Assembly (NCBI GenBank): GCA_034437915.1 | Contig: DAOTTM010000019.1 | Location: forward strand, 17,691-41,690 | Source: Dehalococcoidia bacterium | GTDB lineage: Bacteria; Chloroflexota; Dehalococcoidia; Tepidiformales; Tepidiformaceae | Length of the DNA: 24,000 nucleotides | Reading direction: 5' to 3' | Part shown: piece after piece, positions 7,584 to 16,332 of the stretch | How the letters are laid out: every line of letters begins with the position of its first letter | Numbering within the stretch: the first letter of the stretch is position 1 | Notes under the pieces: model-generated | The model's input: the letters and a program-made list of their open reading frames with translations, nothing else | Told to the model about the DNA's origin: nothing | The model's database searches: none | Translations under genes and position numbers: made by a program

Positions 7584-9557
7584 ATGACCGAACCACGCGA
7601 TATTGGCCTGCCCGTGAACGAACGCTATGCCCCCGCCCAGCGCGTGCGTGATGGCGCCCTCGTCGCCACGAGGGCGGAGTACGACGAACTCTATCGCCGC
7701 AGCATCGAAGACCGCGACGCCTTCTGGGGCGAGATGGCGACGGCCAACATCGACTGGATCACCCCCTTCGAAACGGTCTGCGAAGAGGACATGTACGCGG
7801 GCAAGTTCACGTGGTTCGGCGGCGGCAAGCTCAACGTCTCCGCCAATTGCCTGGACCGCCACCTGGCGACGCGCGGCGAGCGCACGGCCATTCTCTGGGA
7901 GGGCGATGAGCCGGGCGTGAACCGCCGCGTCACCTATCGCCAGCTCTACGAAGACACCTGCCGTCTCGCCAACGCGCTCAAATCGCGGGGCGTTGTGAAG
8001 GGCGACCGCGTCGCGATCTATATGGGCATGGTCCCCGAAGTCGTGGTCGCGATGCTCGCCTGCGCACGCATCGGCGCCATACATTCGGTCATCTTCGGCG
8101 GCTTCAGCGCGCGCTCCATCCGTGACCGCGTGGAGGACTCGCTCTGCAAGGCGATCATCACGCAGGACGAGGGGCGTCGCGGTGGGCGGGCCGTGCCGCT
8201 CAAGCTGAACGTCGATGAAGCGCTGAGCGAAGGCTGCGAAAGCATCGAATTCACGATCGTCTATCGCCACACGGGCACCGCCGTCCCCATGACCAACGGC
8301 CGCGACGTCTGGTGGAACGATGCCCTTGGGGCCGAACCTGCCGAATGCGCGCCCGAGGTCATGGATTCCGAGGACCCGCTCTTCATCCTCTACACGTCTG
8401 GCTCGACGGGGAAGCCGAAGGGCGTGCTGCACACGCAGGCGGGCTACCTGCTCTTCACCATGCTCACGCACCGCTACGTCTTCGATATCCGCGACGACGA
8501 CATCTTCTGTTGCACGGCCGATGTCGGCTGGGTGACCGGCCACAGTTACATCGTCTACGGCCCGTTGGGCAACGGCACGACCTCCGTCATGATGGAATCC
8601 ATCCCGACCTACCCGGACGCGGGCCGCTTCTGGGACACCATCGACCGCCTCGCCATCACCGTCTTCTACACGGCTCCGACGGCCATCCGCGCGATCGCAC
8701 GCGAGGGCGACCACCATGTCACGAAGTACAGCCGCAAGAGCTTGCGCGTCCTCGGCACGGTGGGCGAGCCGATCAACCCGGAGGCCTGGCGCTGGTATTA
8801 CAACGTTGTCGGCGAAGGGCGCTGCGCGGTCGTGGACACCTACTGGCAGACCGAGACGGGCGGCCACATGATCACCGGTCTCGCCGCCGCCACGGACATG
8901 AAACCGGGTTCGGCATCGCTGCCGTTCTTCGGTGTGCAGCCGAGCGTCGTGGCGGAGGATGGGACTCTGATAGAGGGCAACAAGGCGACCGGTCGCCTCT
9001 GCATCGACCACTCCTGGCCGGGCATCATGCGAACCGTCTACGGCGACCACGAACGCTTCATCCAGACGTACTTTTCAACCTACCCGGGGCGCTATTTCAC
9101 GGGCGATGGCTGCCATCGCGACCAGGACGGCTATTACTGGATCACGGGGCGCGTGGACGACGTGCTGAATGTCGCTGGGCACCGCCTGGGCACCGCGGAG
9201 ATCGAGGGCGCGCTCGTTGGCCACGAAGCCTGCGCCGAAGCGGCGGTCGTGGGCTATCCGCACGACGTGAAGGGAACCGGTATCTACGCCTTCGTCCTGC
9301 TCAATGCGGGCACCAGCGGCTCACCAGAACTCGCGAAGGGATTACGCGACGCTGTGCGAAAAGACATCAGCGCCATCGCCACGCCGGACAAGATCCAGTT
9401 CGTCGAAGGCCTCCCAAAGACCCGTTCAGGCAAGATCATGCGCCGCATCCTCCGCAAGATCGCGGAGGGCGAACCGGAAAACGTGGGCGACGTGACGACG
9501 CTCGCCGACCCGGCCGTGGTCGAGGAGATTATCAACGGGTCACCGCGGGCACTCTGA
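7584..9557 (+). CDS. acs: Acetyl-CoA synthetase (AMP-forming)
   Basis: 657 aa. Acs-typical N-terminus ([20 protein letters not shown]), AMP-binding motif [19 protein letters not shown], and C-terminal [22 protein letters not shown] upstream of the ATG. Confidence 0.95.
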   Translation: MTEPRDIGLPVNERYAPAQRVRDGALVATRAEYDELYRRSIEDRDAFWGEMATANIDWITPFETVCEEDMYAGKFTWFGGGKLNVSANCLDRHLATRGERTAILWEGDEPGVNRRVTYRQLYEDTCRLANALKSRGVVKGDRVAIYMGMVPEVVVAMLACARIGAIHSVIFGGFSARSIRDRVEDSLCKAIITQDEGRRGGRAVPLKLNVDEALSEGCESIEFTIVYRHTGTAVPMTNGRDVWWNDALGAEPAECAPEVMDSEDPLFILYTSGSTGKPKGVLHTQAGYLLFTMLTHRYVFDIRDDDIFCCTADVGWVTGHSYIVYGPLGNGTTSVMMESIPTYPDAGRFWDTIDRLAITVFYTAPTAIRAIAREGDHHVTKYSRKSLRVLGTVGEPINPEAWRWYYNVVGEGRCAVVDTYWQTETGGHMITGLAAATDMKPGSASLPFFGVQPSVVAEDGTLIEGNKATGRLCIDHSWPGIMRTVYGDHERFIQTYFSTYPGRYFTGDGCHRDQDGYYWITGRVDDVLNVAGHRLGTAEIEGALVGHEACAEAAVVGYPHDVKGTGIYAFVLLNAGTSGSPELAKGLRDAVRKDISAIATPDKIQFVEGLPKTRSGKIMRRILRKIAEGEPENVGDVTTLADPAVVEEIINGSPRAL

Positions 9558-9634
9558 TCGGGCGTTGCGCTTGATGCTCCGATCGCCTGCGGGTCTTTTG
9601 GGAACGAGAATCCGCCGAGGAACGGCTCGCAAAT

Positions 9635-10969
9635 TCACCGCCCGCGGCCTGAGGCGGTGGGATGCTTCTGGCCCACCGGAGTGGTCCTGAGCGCTTCCCG
9701 GAACGTCGCAATCGCGCGTAGGCGCGCCTCGCGGTGGTCGACGATGGGCGCCGGTTGTGGCTCTGTTCCCAGCCACGCCGAACGATAGCTGCCCGTGGGG
9801 TCGAAGCGCGCCGCCTGGAGTTCCGGGTTCATCACCCGGAAATAGGGGGCGGCATCGGGACCCGTCGAGGCGGACCACTGCCATCCCAGCGAGTTATTCG
9901 CCACGTCACCATCGATCAGCTGGCGCATGAAGAACGCGCACCCCTCTCGCCAGTCGATGAGAAGGTCCTTGGTCAGGAAGGACGCGGCAACCATGCGCGC
10001 TCGGTTCGGCATGAAGCCCGTGCGGGAGAGCTGACACATCGCAGCGTCGACTAATCCGAACCCGGTCGTACCGGTTTGCCATCGCACAAGGGCCGCTGGG
10101 TCTCCGCGCCAGGCCACGCGGTCGTACGCCGGCTTGAGTGCGGCGTCGCGGAGACCTGGAAAGTGCCAGAGGAGGTAGGCCGCGAACTCTCGCCACGCGA
10201 GTTCGGACACGAACTTTTCGCTTCCGCGACAGGCCGCGAGAACTTCGATGGGAGACAGCAGGCCGAACTTGAGATCCTGGCTGAGGCGAGACGTGCCCTC
10301 CCGGCCGAGGTCGTCTCGCGCGTCTGCGTACTCCGCGAGGCGTTGGTCGGCGAACTTCCGCAGGCGTCCACGGGCTGCCCGCTCGCCCGGCTCAGGTGCC
10401 TGCTCCGGCTGTTCCGTTTCGACGTGCATGATTTGGAAGGGCGGACCTTCGCTCGCGGGAATGTCCAAGGTCCCAGCGCGAACAAGAGGGCGCGGTTCGT
10501 TCAGCATAAATCGGCGATGGAAAGCCGAGAACACTGTAAACGGCGCGCCAGTCTCGTTGGTGATGGAGGCCGGTTCGGTTATCAGGACTCCAGGATGTTC
10601 AACGAGTCGGACGCCAACATTCGCGAGGGTTGCAGCGACGTCGGCGTCGCGGCTCCGCCCATATGGCGCATAGTCACGGCTGACGTGTACCGATTGCGCC
10701 TCCATGAAGGTGACGAAGCCCGCCACGACCTGGCGCGGATTCCCGGTCACGACTGTCAACGGCACGCCAACGGTGGCCAACGACTCCCTCAGTTCTGCGA
10801 GCGACCCGAGCAAGAACCAGTTTCGCCTGGGCGACGACGATTTGCCGTTCGTCAGGACCGGGTCGATCACGAACAGGGCGCGCGGATTGCCTTCGCGCAA
10901 TGCCGCAGCTAACGCCGGGTGGTCGTGGACCCGAAGGTCACGGCGAAACCACACAACGGAACCGGACAT
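9635..10969 (-). CDS. phr: Deoxyribodipyrimidine (CPD) photolyase, class I type
   Basis: VVWFRRDLRVHDHPAL N-terminus. WREF and DGDVANNSLGWQW FAD-binding segments. The start is taken as ATG 10969 (MSGSVVWF), which overlaps the upstream stop as TGATG. Confidence 0.9.
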   Translation of the reverse strand: MSGSVVWFRRDLRVHDHPALAAALREGNPRALFVIDPVLTNGKSSSPRRNWFLLGSLAELRESLATVGVPLTVVTGNPRQVVAGFVTFMEAQSVHVSRDYAPYGRSRDADVAATLANVGVRLVEHPGVLITEPASITNETGAPFTVFSAFHRRFMLNEPRPLVRAGTLDIPASEGPPFQIMHVETEQPEQAPEPGERAARGRLRKFADQRLAEYADARDDLGREGTSRLSQDLKFGLLSPIEVLAACRGSEKFVSELAWREFAAYLLWHFPGLRDAALKPAYDRVAWRGDPAALVRWQTGTTGFGLVDAAMCQLSRTGFMPNRARMVAASFLTKDLLIDWREGCAFFMRQLIDGDVANNSLGWQWSASTGPDAAPYFRVMNPELQAARFDPTGSYRSAWLGTEPQPAPIVDHREARLRAIATFREALRTTPVGQKHPTASGRGR

Positions 10970-12405
10970 CAGCCGACCTGGACGGTCGCGAGCCACTCAG
11001 CGCGCTGCGCCATCGCCTTCGGCGTTCGCGAAAAGATGGACCCATGGGCCGGGGAGATAGCATACCAATAAAGCAGGCCCAAGATGCCAGCGGGGTGGAA
11101 GCGTGCCGTCATGGTCAATTCCGACGAATCTGGCCCGGTCGGGCTCACAACGAACTCCAGTACCGCAGCACCGGGGAGTTTCATCTCCGCGACGAGCGTG
11201 AGGCGTTTGCCCTCCTCCACGGCCGCAACGCGCCAGAAGTCCACGGCATCACCGACGTGCAGACGAGTCGGATGGCGTCTGCCGCGTCGCATGCCAACGC
11301 CTCCAAGGAGGCGGTCCATCGCCCCCCGGAGACGCCATAGCCCATCACCAAAGTAGTAGCCGCTGCGCCCACCGATGGACGAAACCACGCTCCATGTTGC
11401 GCTGGCCGGAGCACGAACGGGAACCGTCGTCGCCGTCCCCTTCGAATAGAACGAGACCGTCGGGTCGTACCCGCGAAAGGCGAGCGAACCCTCCGTCCAC
11501 CGAGCCACCACGGCGTTCGCTCGCTCATCTTCAAGGGCACGCCGGACGGCCTCGCGGTATGGCGTCAGCGGGATTGGGATGAGTCGCCGAATTTCACCGT
11601 CATTCGGCAGAAGGTCCTGCTTCAAACCGTCGATCAGGGGTCGTGCGATGGAGGCTGGCACGGCGGTGACGAGATCGAGCCAATACGACGAAATTCGGGG
11701 GGACAGCACCGGCACGGGAATGATCCATTGGCGACCCCCGCCGGTGACCTCCGCGAACTGTTTCATGAGGTCACGATAGCTCAGGGTCTCCGGGCCACCG
11801 ATATCCAGGGTCATCCCACCTGTCGATGGCACCGCAAGCACGCCGACGAGGTAGGCGAGGAGATCGTCCATGGCGATAGGCCGAGAACGCGAAGTGACCC
11901 ACTTTGGGGTGATCATCACGGGCAAGTGGTTCACGAGGTCACGAATGACTTCGAACGCTGCCGAACCAGCGCCAACGACCATGCCCGCCCGCAGCTCGGT
12001 CACAGCCACGGACCCTCCGCGTAGCAGCTCTCCCGTTTCTCGGCGAGACCGGAGGTGCTCGGATCCGGCCGACTCCAGGCCTCCAAGGTAAATGATTCGA
12101 GTCAGTCCGCAGTGCGCTGCGGCTTCGCGGAAGTTTGTTGCCGCAAGGCGGTCGCGAGCAGCGAAATCGCTCCCAGAGCCCATCGAATGCACCAGGTAGT
12201 AGGCGACTTCGATTCCCTCGAGGGCGCGTTCAAGGGATGCCCGGTCGAGCGCGTCCGCCTCAACTAATTCTACGCCCGCCCAACCTCGGCCTTCGAGAAC
12301 GGCCCGTCTGCGCGCCACCGCCCGGACGGTGTGGCCTTCGGCAATCAACCGCGGGACGAGGTGCGAACCCACGTAACCACTTGCTCCGACTACCGCCACG
12401 CGCAT
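10969..12405 (-). CDS. NAD(P)-binding SDR/NmrA-like protein with C-terminal DUF2867-type domain
   Basis: Rossmann motif VVGASGYVGSHLV. Length about 478 aa, with a long C-terminal extension typical of SDR+DUF2867 fusions. ATG 12405 is preferred over the track TTG at 12411. It sits 2 nt after the upstream stop. Confidence 0.75.
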   Translation of the reverse strand: MRVAVVGASGYVGSHLVPRLIAEGHTVRAVARRRAVLEGRGWAGVELVEADALDRASLERALEGIEVAYYLVHSMGSGSDFAARDRLAATNFREAAAHCGLTRIIYLGGLESAGSEHLRSRRETGELLRGGSVAVTELRAGMVVGAGSAAFEVIRDLVNHLPVMITPKWVTSRSRPIAMDDLLAYLVGVLAVPSTGGMTLDIGGPETLSYRDLMKQFAEVTGGGRQWIIPVPVLSPRISSYWLDLVTAVPASIARPLIDGLKQDLLPNDGEIRRLIPIPLTPYREAVRRALEDERANAVVARWTEGSLAFRGYDPTVSFYSKGTATTVPVRAPASATWSVVSSIGGRSGYYFGDGLWRLRGAMDRLLGGVGMRRGRRHPTRLHVGDAVDFWRVAAVEEGKRLTLVAEMKLPGAAVLEFVVSPTGPDSSELTMTARFHPAGILGLLYWYAISPAHGSIFSRTPKAMAQRAEWLATVQVG

Positions 12406-12407
12406 CT

Positions 12408-13298
12408 TCAAGACCCCTTACCCAGGGCCGCCCTGATTCCAGACTCGATTTCGCCAAACTGAAACTGGAATCCGCTGGCCACGAGCCGAGTCGGAACCAC
12501 GCGCTGGCTGGCGAGCAGAAGTTCGTCAGCCGAGCCTCCGAGCAGCAACCGCAAGGCTATAGGGGGTACGGGGAACAGCGCGGGCCGGTGAAGCACCTTC
12601 GCCAAGGCCCGAGTGAACTCTCGGTTGGTCACCGGTCCCGGCGCAGTCACGTTAAGCGTTCCCTCGGTGCCCGTGTCGAGGACGTACTGGATTGCCCGAA
12701 CGACGTCATCCAAAGCCACCCACGACATCCACTGGCGCCCGCGGCCCAGCGTCCCGCCCGCGCCAAAGCGAAAGGGCAACATCATGCGGGGAAAGGCCCC
12801 GCCATCGCGCGAAAGCACGACGCCGAAGCGCAGGATTGCAGTACGCAATGCGTCCTGGCCTTCCTTCGCCGCTTCCTCCCAGGCCGTCGTGATATCCGCG
12901 AGAAATCCCGTTCCCCGCGCGGATTCCTCCGTGAGAACAGCGTCGCCTCTGTTTCCGTAGTAGCCTACAGCCGAGGCGCTGACGAACGCCGGGGGCTTTG
13001 GCAGCTTCAACAAATGCGACACGAGCAAGCGCGTGGGTCCTACGCGGCTCTCCAGCAGCTCGCGGCGGCGGGATTCCGTCCACCGGCCTTCCCCAATGGA
13101 CGCACCGGCAAGGTGGACGACCGCGTCGATGCCCTCGAACGCTCCGGGGCGAATCCACCCGCTCGCGGGATCCCATGTCGACCCGGCCTGTTCGGCGGCG
13201 CCGCGCACAAACGGTACGACGCTATGCCCATTCGCTTGAAGATGGCTTCCCAAAGCCGTTCCGATGAGTCCCGTACTGCCGGTAATCGCAACGCGCAT
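12408..13298 (-). CDS. TIGR01777/YfcH-like (SDR39U1) epimerase-family NAD-binding protein
   Basis: MRVAITGSTGLIGTAL Rossmann motif. VVHLAG, YYG, and a C-terminal DUF1731-like end (RVVPTRLVASGFQFQF). Confidence 0.8.
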   Translation of the reverse strand: MRVAITGSTGLIGTALGSHLQANGHSVVPFVRGAAEQAGSTWDPASGWIRPGAFEGIDAVVHLAGASIGEGRWTESRRRELLESRVGPTRLLVSHLLKLPKPPAFVSASAVGYYGNRGDAVLTEESARGTGFLADITTAWEEAAKEGQDALRTAILRFGVVLSRDGGAFPRMMLPFRFGAGGTLGRGRQWMSWVALDDVVRAIQYVLDTGTEGTLNVTAPGPVTNREFTRALAKVLHRPALFPVPPIALRLLLGGSADELLLASQRVVPTRLVASGFQFQFGEIESGIRAALGKGS

Positions 13299-13337
13299 AA
13301 TTGGAGTCCTGTTCTGGGCGGTTCATGGCCGACCCGA

Positions 13338-14138
13338 TTAATTCGGCTGTAGCGTACCTGCGTAGACCTGCCAGGCAAGCAGTGACTTGGCTGTCAGGCT
13401 CAGGAGAATGTAAACGAACTCACCGAATACATAGTTTCGCCACGGCCCAATGCGCCGGTATTGAAGCAGCATGTTGATGGCAAAGACGTTGAACACTGCG
13501 AACATCGACCCAAATATCCAGTACACGAAGGTCGGTGGGCCACCGCCCTCTCCACCCGCGCCAGCAAGGTAAATGGCGATCCCGAGCCACGGTACGATGC
13601 CCGCCACGCATCCAAAGATGTATGCCGTCCAATCCGTAGTTTCAGTTGACTGGTTGTGGCGCTCCATCATCCAGCCAAACAGGATCATCGTCGCGTTCAA
13701 CGTGAAGAACGCAAGGAGCGCCACCGCGTCGTAGATGCCAACCAGCATCGCGATCACGACGATCATGATGGACGAACTGAACGCGTATTCGATCCAACGA
13801 GCGTAGTTGATACCGCGAGCCAGATTCTTCTGGTACCAGCCGTACACCCCTGGCAAGGAAACTACGATGTGGGCGAGGGCAGAAAGGAGCAAAAAGCTCG
13901 CAATGACGGGGGCGAGGCGGACTTCGAAGAGCGTACGGAGCCTGGGCTCCAGCGCCTGGGTGCCCTCGTTCATCTCCACGAAAGCGCCCGTTACAGGTAG
14001 CGCGAAGTCACTGGCAATCGCGAGCATGATGGCGCCCTGCACGAAATGCAGGGCCGCCATTGAAAAGTTCCAGCGCCGGAGGTTTCGCGAAAACCCGGGT
14101 GCTGCTTGCGGCGCCGCGCTGAGCGTTTGGAAAGCCAT
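13338..14138 (-). CDS. Heliorhodopsin
   Basis: 266 aa, 7-TM. Collinear with my recollection of heliorhodopsin 48C12: RWNF..ALHFVQG (His31), SALAHIVVS (His90), ARWIEYAFSSSIMIV (counterion Glu117), ILFGWM, FGCVAGIVPWLGIAIY, YILLSLTAKSLLAWQVYAGTLQP (retinal Schiff-base Lys251, codon at 13388-13386). Confidence 0.9.
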   Translation of the reverse strand: MAFQTLSAAPQAAPGFSRNLRRWNFSMAALHFVQGAIMLAIASDFALPVTGAFVEMNEGTQALEPRLRTLFEVRLAPVIASFLLLSALAHIVVSLPGVYGWYQKNLARGINYARWIEYAFSSSIMIVVIAMLVGIYDAVALLAFFTLNATMILFGWMMERHNQSTETTDWTAYIFGCVAGIVPWLGIAIYLAGAGGEGGGPPTFVYWIFGSMFAVFNVFAINMLLQYRRIGPWRNYVFGEFVYILLSLTAKSLLAWQVYAGTLQPN

Positions 14139-14185
14139 AGCAACCCCCCGTGCGAGTTTTCGCTCTATTTCGCCTTATGGAGAAG

Positions 14186-14211
14186 GAGGAGGAGAGAAGT
14201 CACTCCTCCTC
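14186..14211 (-). terminator. Perfect 9-bp polypurine/polypyrimidine hairpin (GAGGAGGAG-N8-CTCCTCCTC) between the DUF4397 gene and the heliorhodopsin gene
   Basis: Read directly from the sequence. No U-tract follows on the minus-strand transcript, so it may be a processing or stability element rather than an intrinsic terminator. Confidence 0.25.
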
Positions 14212-14227
14212 GATGCTCCGGTTCGGA

Positions 14228-15103
14228 TTAGCGGTTGCGTCGGACGGCGAAGGTCAAACCGGCGCCACCAGCGACGAGAAGGCTCAAGGCTGTCGCCAGG
14301 AAGAGCGACGACATTGCGCTGTCGCTAGAGGCTGCCAGTCCCGTGCCTGTGCCTGGCGCGGAGACGGTCACTGGCGCTTTTGCATCGGCGAGCGCCACAA
14401 CCTGGAGGGACCCGTTACCGGCAAGGCCCACCGCGACCGCGGTATAGACGTTGCGGTCGGCGAGGGCCAGGCTCACCGTCTTGACGACCTTGCTATCAGA
14501 TGCGGTGCGGACCTCAAGGTCGTACGAACCCGCCGCGACCGGTGTGTAGGTGCCGACGCCTTTGAACGCGACGTTGCTAAATACCTTCGTTGCTGTCCCT
14601 GCGACGGTGACATCAACGGCTGGCGCATCCGGCGACGCGTGGATGAGACGAACGTGTGCTTTGCCCGCGGCCGGGGCAGCGTTGTTGTCTTCCAGCGGAA
14701 GAAGACCGAGCGTCGAATTGCTGAGTTGGCCGACCGCAAGGACCGTATAGTCCTTGCCCGCGGCAACCTGGAGATTGGCTTCGAGGGCAGGAGCGCCCGT
14801 GCCCGTCGAGGGTGAAACGAAGACTTTGACGTTGTGACTTCCCGCGGACAATGAGACATACCCCGTGTCCTTCGGGAACGCGAGAGCCGTGACGGCCTTC
14901 TGACCATCGACGAAGATGTCGACGGCCGGAGCATCCGGCGATGCATGCATGACCCTGACGCGGCCATTAGCGGGTGCCTGAGCCCCCGCGTTGCCGAACA
15001 CCAGCAGTGCGGCCATCGCGGCCAAAATGACGGCGATGACCATTGAGCGACCAACAGATCCGAGTGCCAAGATATTTCTCCCGTTTTTCAAATGGACTGC
15101 CAA
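14228..15103 (-). CDS. Exported DUF4397-like repeat protein with C-terminal membrane anchor
   Basis: Signal/anchor at the N-terminus. Two internal repeats (RVRVMHASPDAPAVDIFVDG... / HVRLIHASPDAPAVDVTVAG...), typical of DUF4397. C-terminal SAPGTGTG, a hydrophobic helix, then RRNR. Confidence 0.7.
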   Translation of the reverse strand: MAVHLKNGRNILALGSVGRSMVIAVILAAMAALLVFGNAGAQAPANGRVRVMHASPDAPAVDIFVDGQKAVTALAFPKDTGYVSLSAGSHNVKVFVSPSTGTGAPALEANLQVAAGKDYTVLAVGQLSNSTLGLLPLEDNNAAPAAGKAHVRLIHASPDAPAVDVTVAGTATKVFSNVAFKGVGTYTPVAAGSYDLEVRTASDSKVVKTVSLALADRNVYTAVAVGLAGNGSLQVVALADAKAPVTVSAPGTGTGLAASSDSAMSSLFLATALSLLVAGGAGLTFAVRRNR

Positions 15104-15139
15104 AGTCGGCCGACGCTGTTGCGTTAACCTTGACCATCC

Positions 15140-15210
15140 TTGTACAGACTATGCGTGAGCATGGGTCTGATGTCAAGTGTTTGCATAACTTTGGTACAAA
15201 GTGCTAGGCT
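15140..15210. promoter_or_regulatory. Back-to-back divergent promoters, each overlapped by a TTGTAC half-site (candidate LitR/CarH operator)
   Basis: Minus-strand promoter: TTGACA (15176-15171), N17, CATAGT (15153-15148). Plus-strand promoter: TTGCAT (15181-15186), N18, TAGGCT (15205-15210), which predicts a leaderless litR-like mRNA starting at ATG 15217. TTGTACA at 15140-15146 and its inverted copy GGTACAA at 15193-15199. Confidence 0.4.
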
Positions 15211-15216
15211 ACCGGC

Positions 15217-16083
15217 ATGCTCATGAGAATCGGCGCCCTCAGCCAACATACGGGCATCTCCGCCGAAGTACTGCGTTCTTGGGAACGGCGTTATGGCTTG
15301 CTCGAACCGGAGCGAACCGCGGGAGGGTTTCGCCTTTATACGGAAGACGACGTTCGGCGAGTGCTCCGCGTGAAGGCTCTCATCGCCGGAGGAGCCTCGG
15401 CTTCGCAAGCAGCGCACCAGGTGCTGGCTGACGCGCGCGACGAGACAGGAACCGGCTCAGCATCGGGAATCCCACCCACCAGTGAGTGCAGGGCCGCCCT
15501 GGCCGCTGCTTTCCGATCGCTCAGCAGTTCGTCCATTGAGGCAGCTGTTGACCTCGTCTTTGCCCGGCTGGACCTCGATAGCGCCATCCTGGATGTGTTC
15601 ATTCCCTGTCTGCGCGAACTGGGCGAAGATTGGTTCGACGGTCGCACGACGGTGGGCCAGGAACATGTGGCCGTTAACGCCCTTCGTGGCCGTCTCATGG
15701 GCTTGAGTCGAGGCTGGGACCGCGGGCTTGGGCCGCGGGTCGTGCTCGCATGCCCACCTGGGGACTATCACGACGTCTCCCTCATCCTTTTCGGGCTTGC
15801 GCTCCACCAACGTGGGTGGCGAGTGACATTCCTTGGCGCCGATACGCCCATCGAAACGCTGATTGAGGTTCGCGAAACACTGCGGCCCCGCATTACCGTG
15901 CTGTTTTCGGCCCAGTGGGCTACTCATCCAGGGCTGGCTGGCGGACTAGCCAGGCTCGCGACGGGACCAACTGCTCTCGCCGGTCCAAACGGAGCAAGTC
16001 TCGCCAAGCAGGCGGGCATTCGCTGGCTCCAGGGCGACCCTGTAGCGGAGGCTGATTCGCTCACGGAAGAATCCCGCGCGTAG
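15217..16083 (+). CDS. MerR-family regulator with cobalamin (B12)-binding domain, LitR/CarH type
   Basis: MerR HTH at the N-terminus (MRIGALSQHTGISAEVLRSWERRYGLLEPERTAGGFRLY). B12-binding module with W-x9-EH (DWFDGRTTVGQEHVAVNALR) and a DxH-type segment (PPGDYHDVSLILFG), followed by GWRVTFLGADTP. An alternative start is at 15223. Confidence 0.8.
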   Translation: MLMRIGALSQHTGISAEVLRSWERRYGLLEPERTAGGFRLYTEDDVRRVLRVKALIAGGASASQAAHQVLADARDETGTGSASGIPPTSECRAALAAAFRSLSSSSIEAAVDLVFARLDLDSAILDVFIPCLRELGEDWFDGRTTVGQEHVAVNALRGRLMGLSRGWDRGLGPRVVLACPPGDYHDVSLILFGLALHQRGWRVTFLGADTPIETLIEVRETLRPRITVLFSAQWATHPGLAGGLARLATGPTALAGPNGASLAKQAGIRWLQGDPVAEADSLTEESRA

Positions 16084-16172
16084 ATAGTTCCCGGTCGTTC
16101 GGTCAGCCCAATCGGCGACTCCCGCGAGCGCCGACATCTGCTGAGCGGAGACAGAAATGAGAAGAAAATTGT

Positions 16173-16249
<77 letters not shown>

Positions 16250-16332
16250 AGATTTCCGATGGTACCACGGCGGTGCGTACTGTGGACAAGGTTCCCCGGG
16301 CCGCCCCCGGACACAACGAATTGGCGCTTGGG

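Noticed and set aside
7524-9050. Long ORFs antisense to real genes: 7524..9050 (508 aa) opposite acs, 18711..20936 (741 aa) opposite fbiC, 16207..17640 (477 aa) opposite the GGDEF-EAL gene, 12135..13352, 122..1000, 22345..23196, 23040..23858.
   Set aside because: Their products are low-complexity and R/A/G/P-rich, with no recognisable motifs. Each lies opposite a gene with strong family signatures. They are the typical stop-codon-poor shadow frames of high-GC DNA.
9558-9660. Hairpins between the convergent acs and phr genes (GATCGG...CCGATC at the acs end; CACCGCC-N10-GGCGGTG near 9640) as a bidirectional terminator.
   Set aside because: The first has a 17-nt loop and only a weak T-run. The second lies inside the photolyase coding sequence. 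Neither is convincing without energy calculations.
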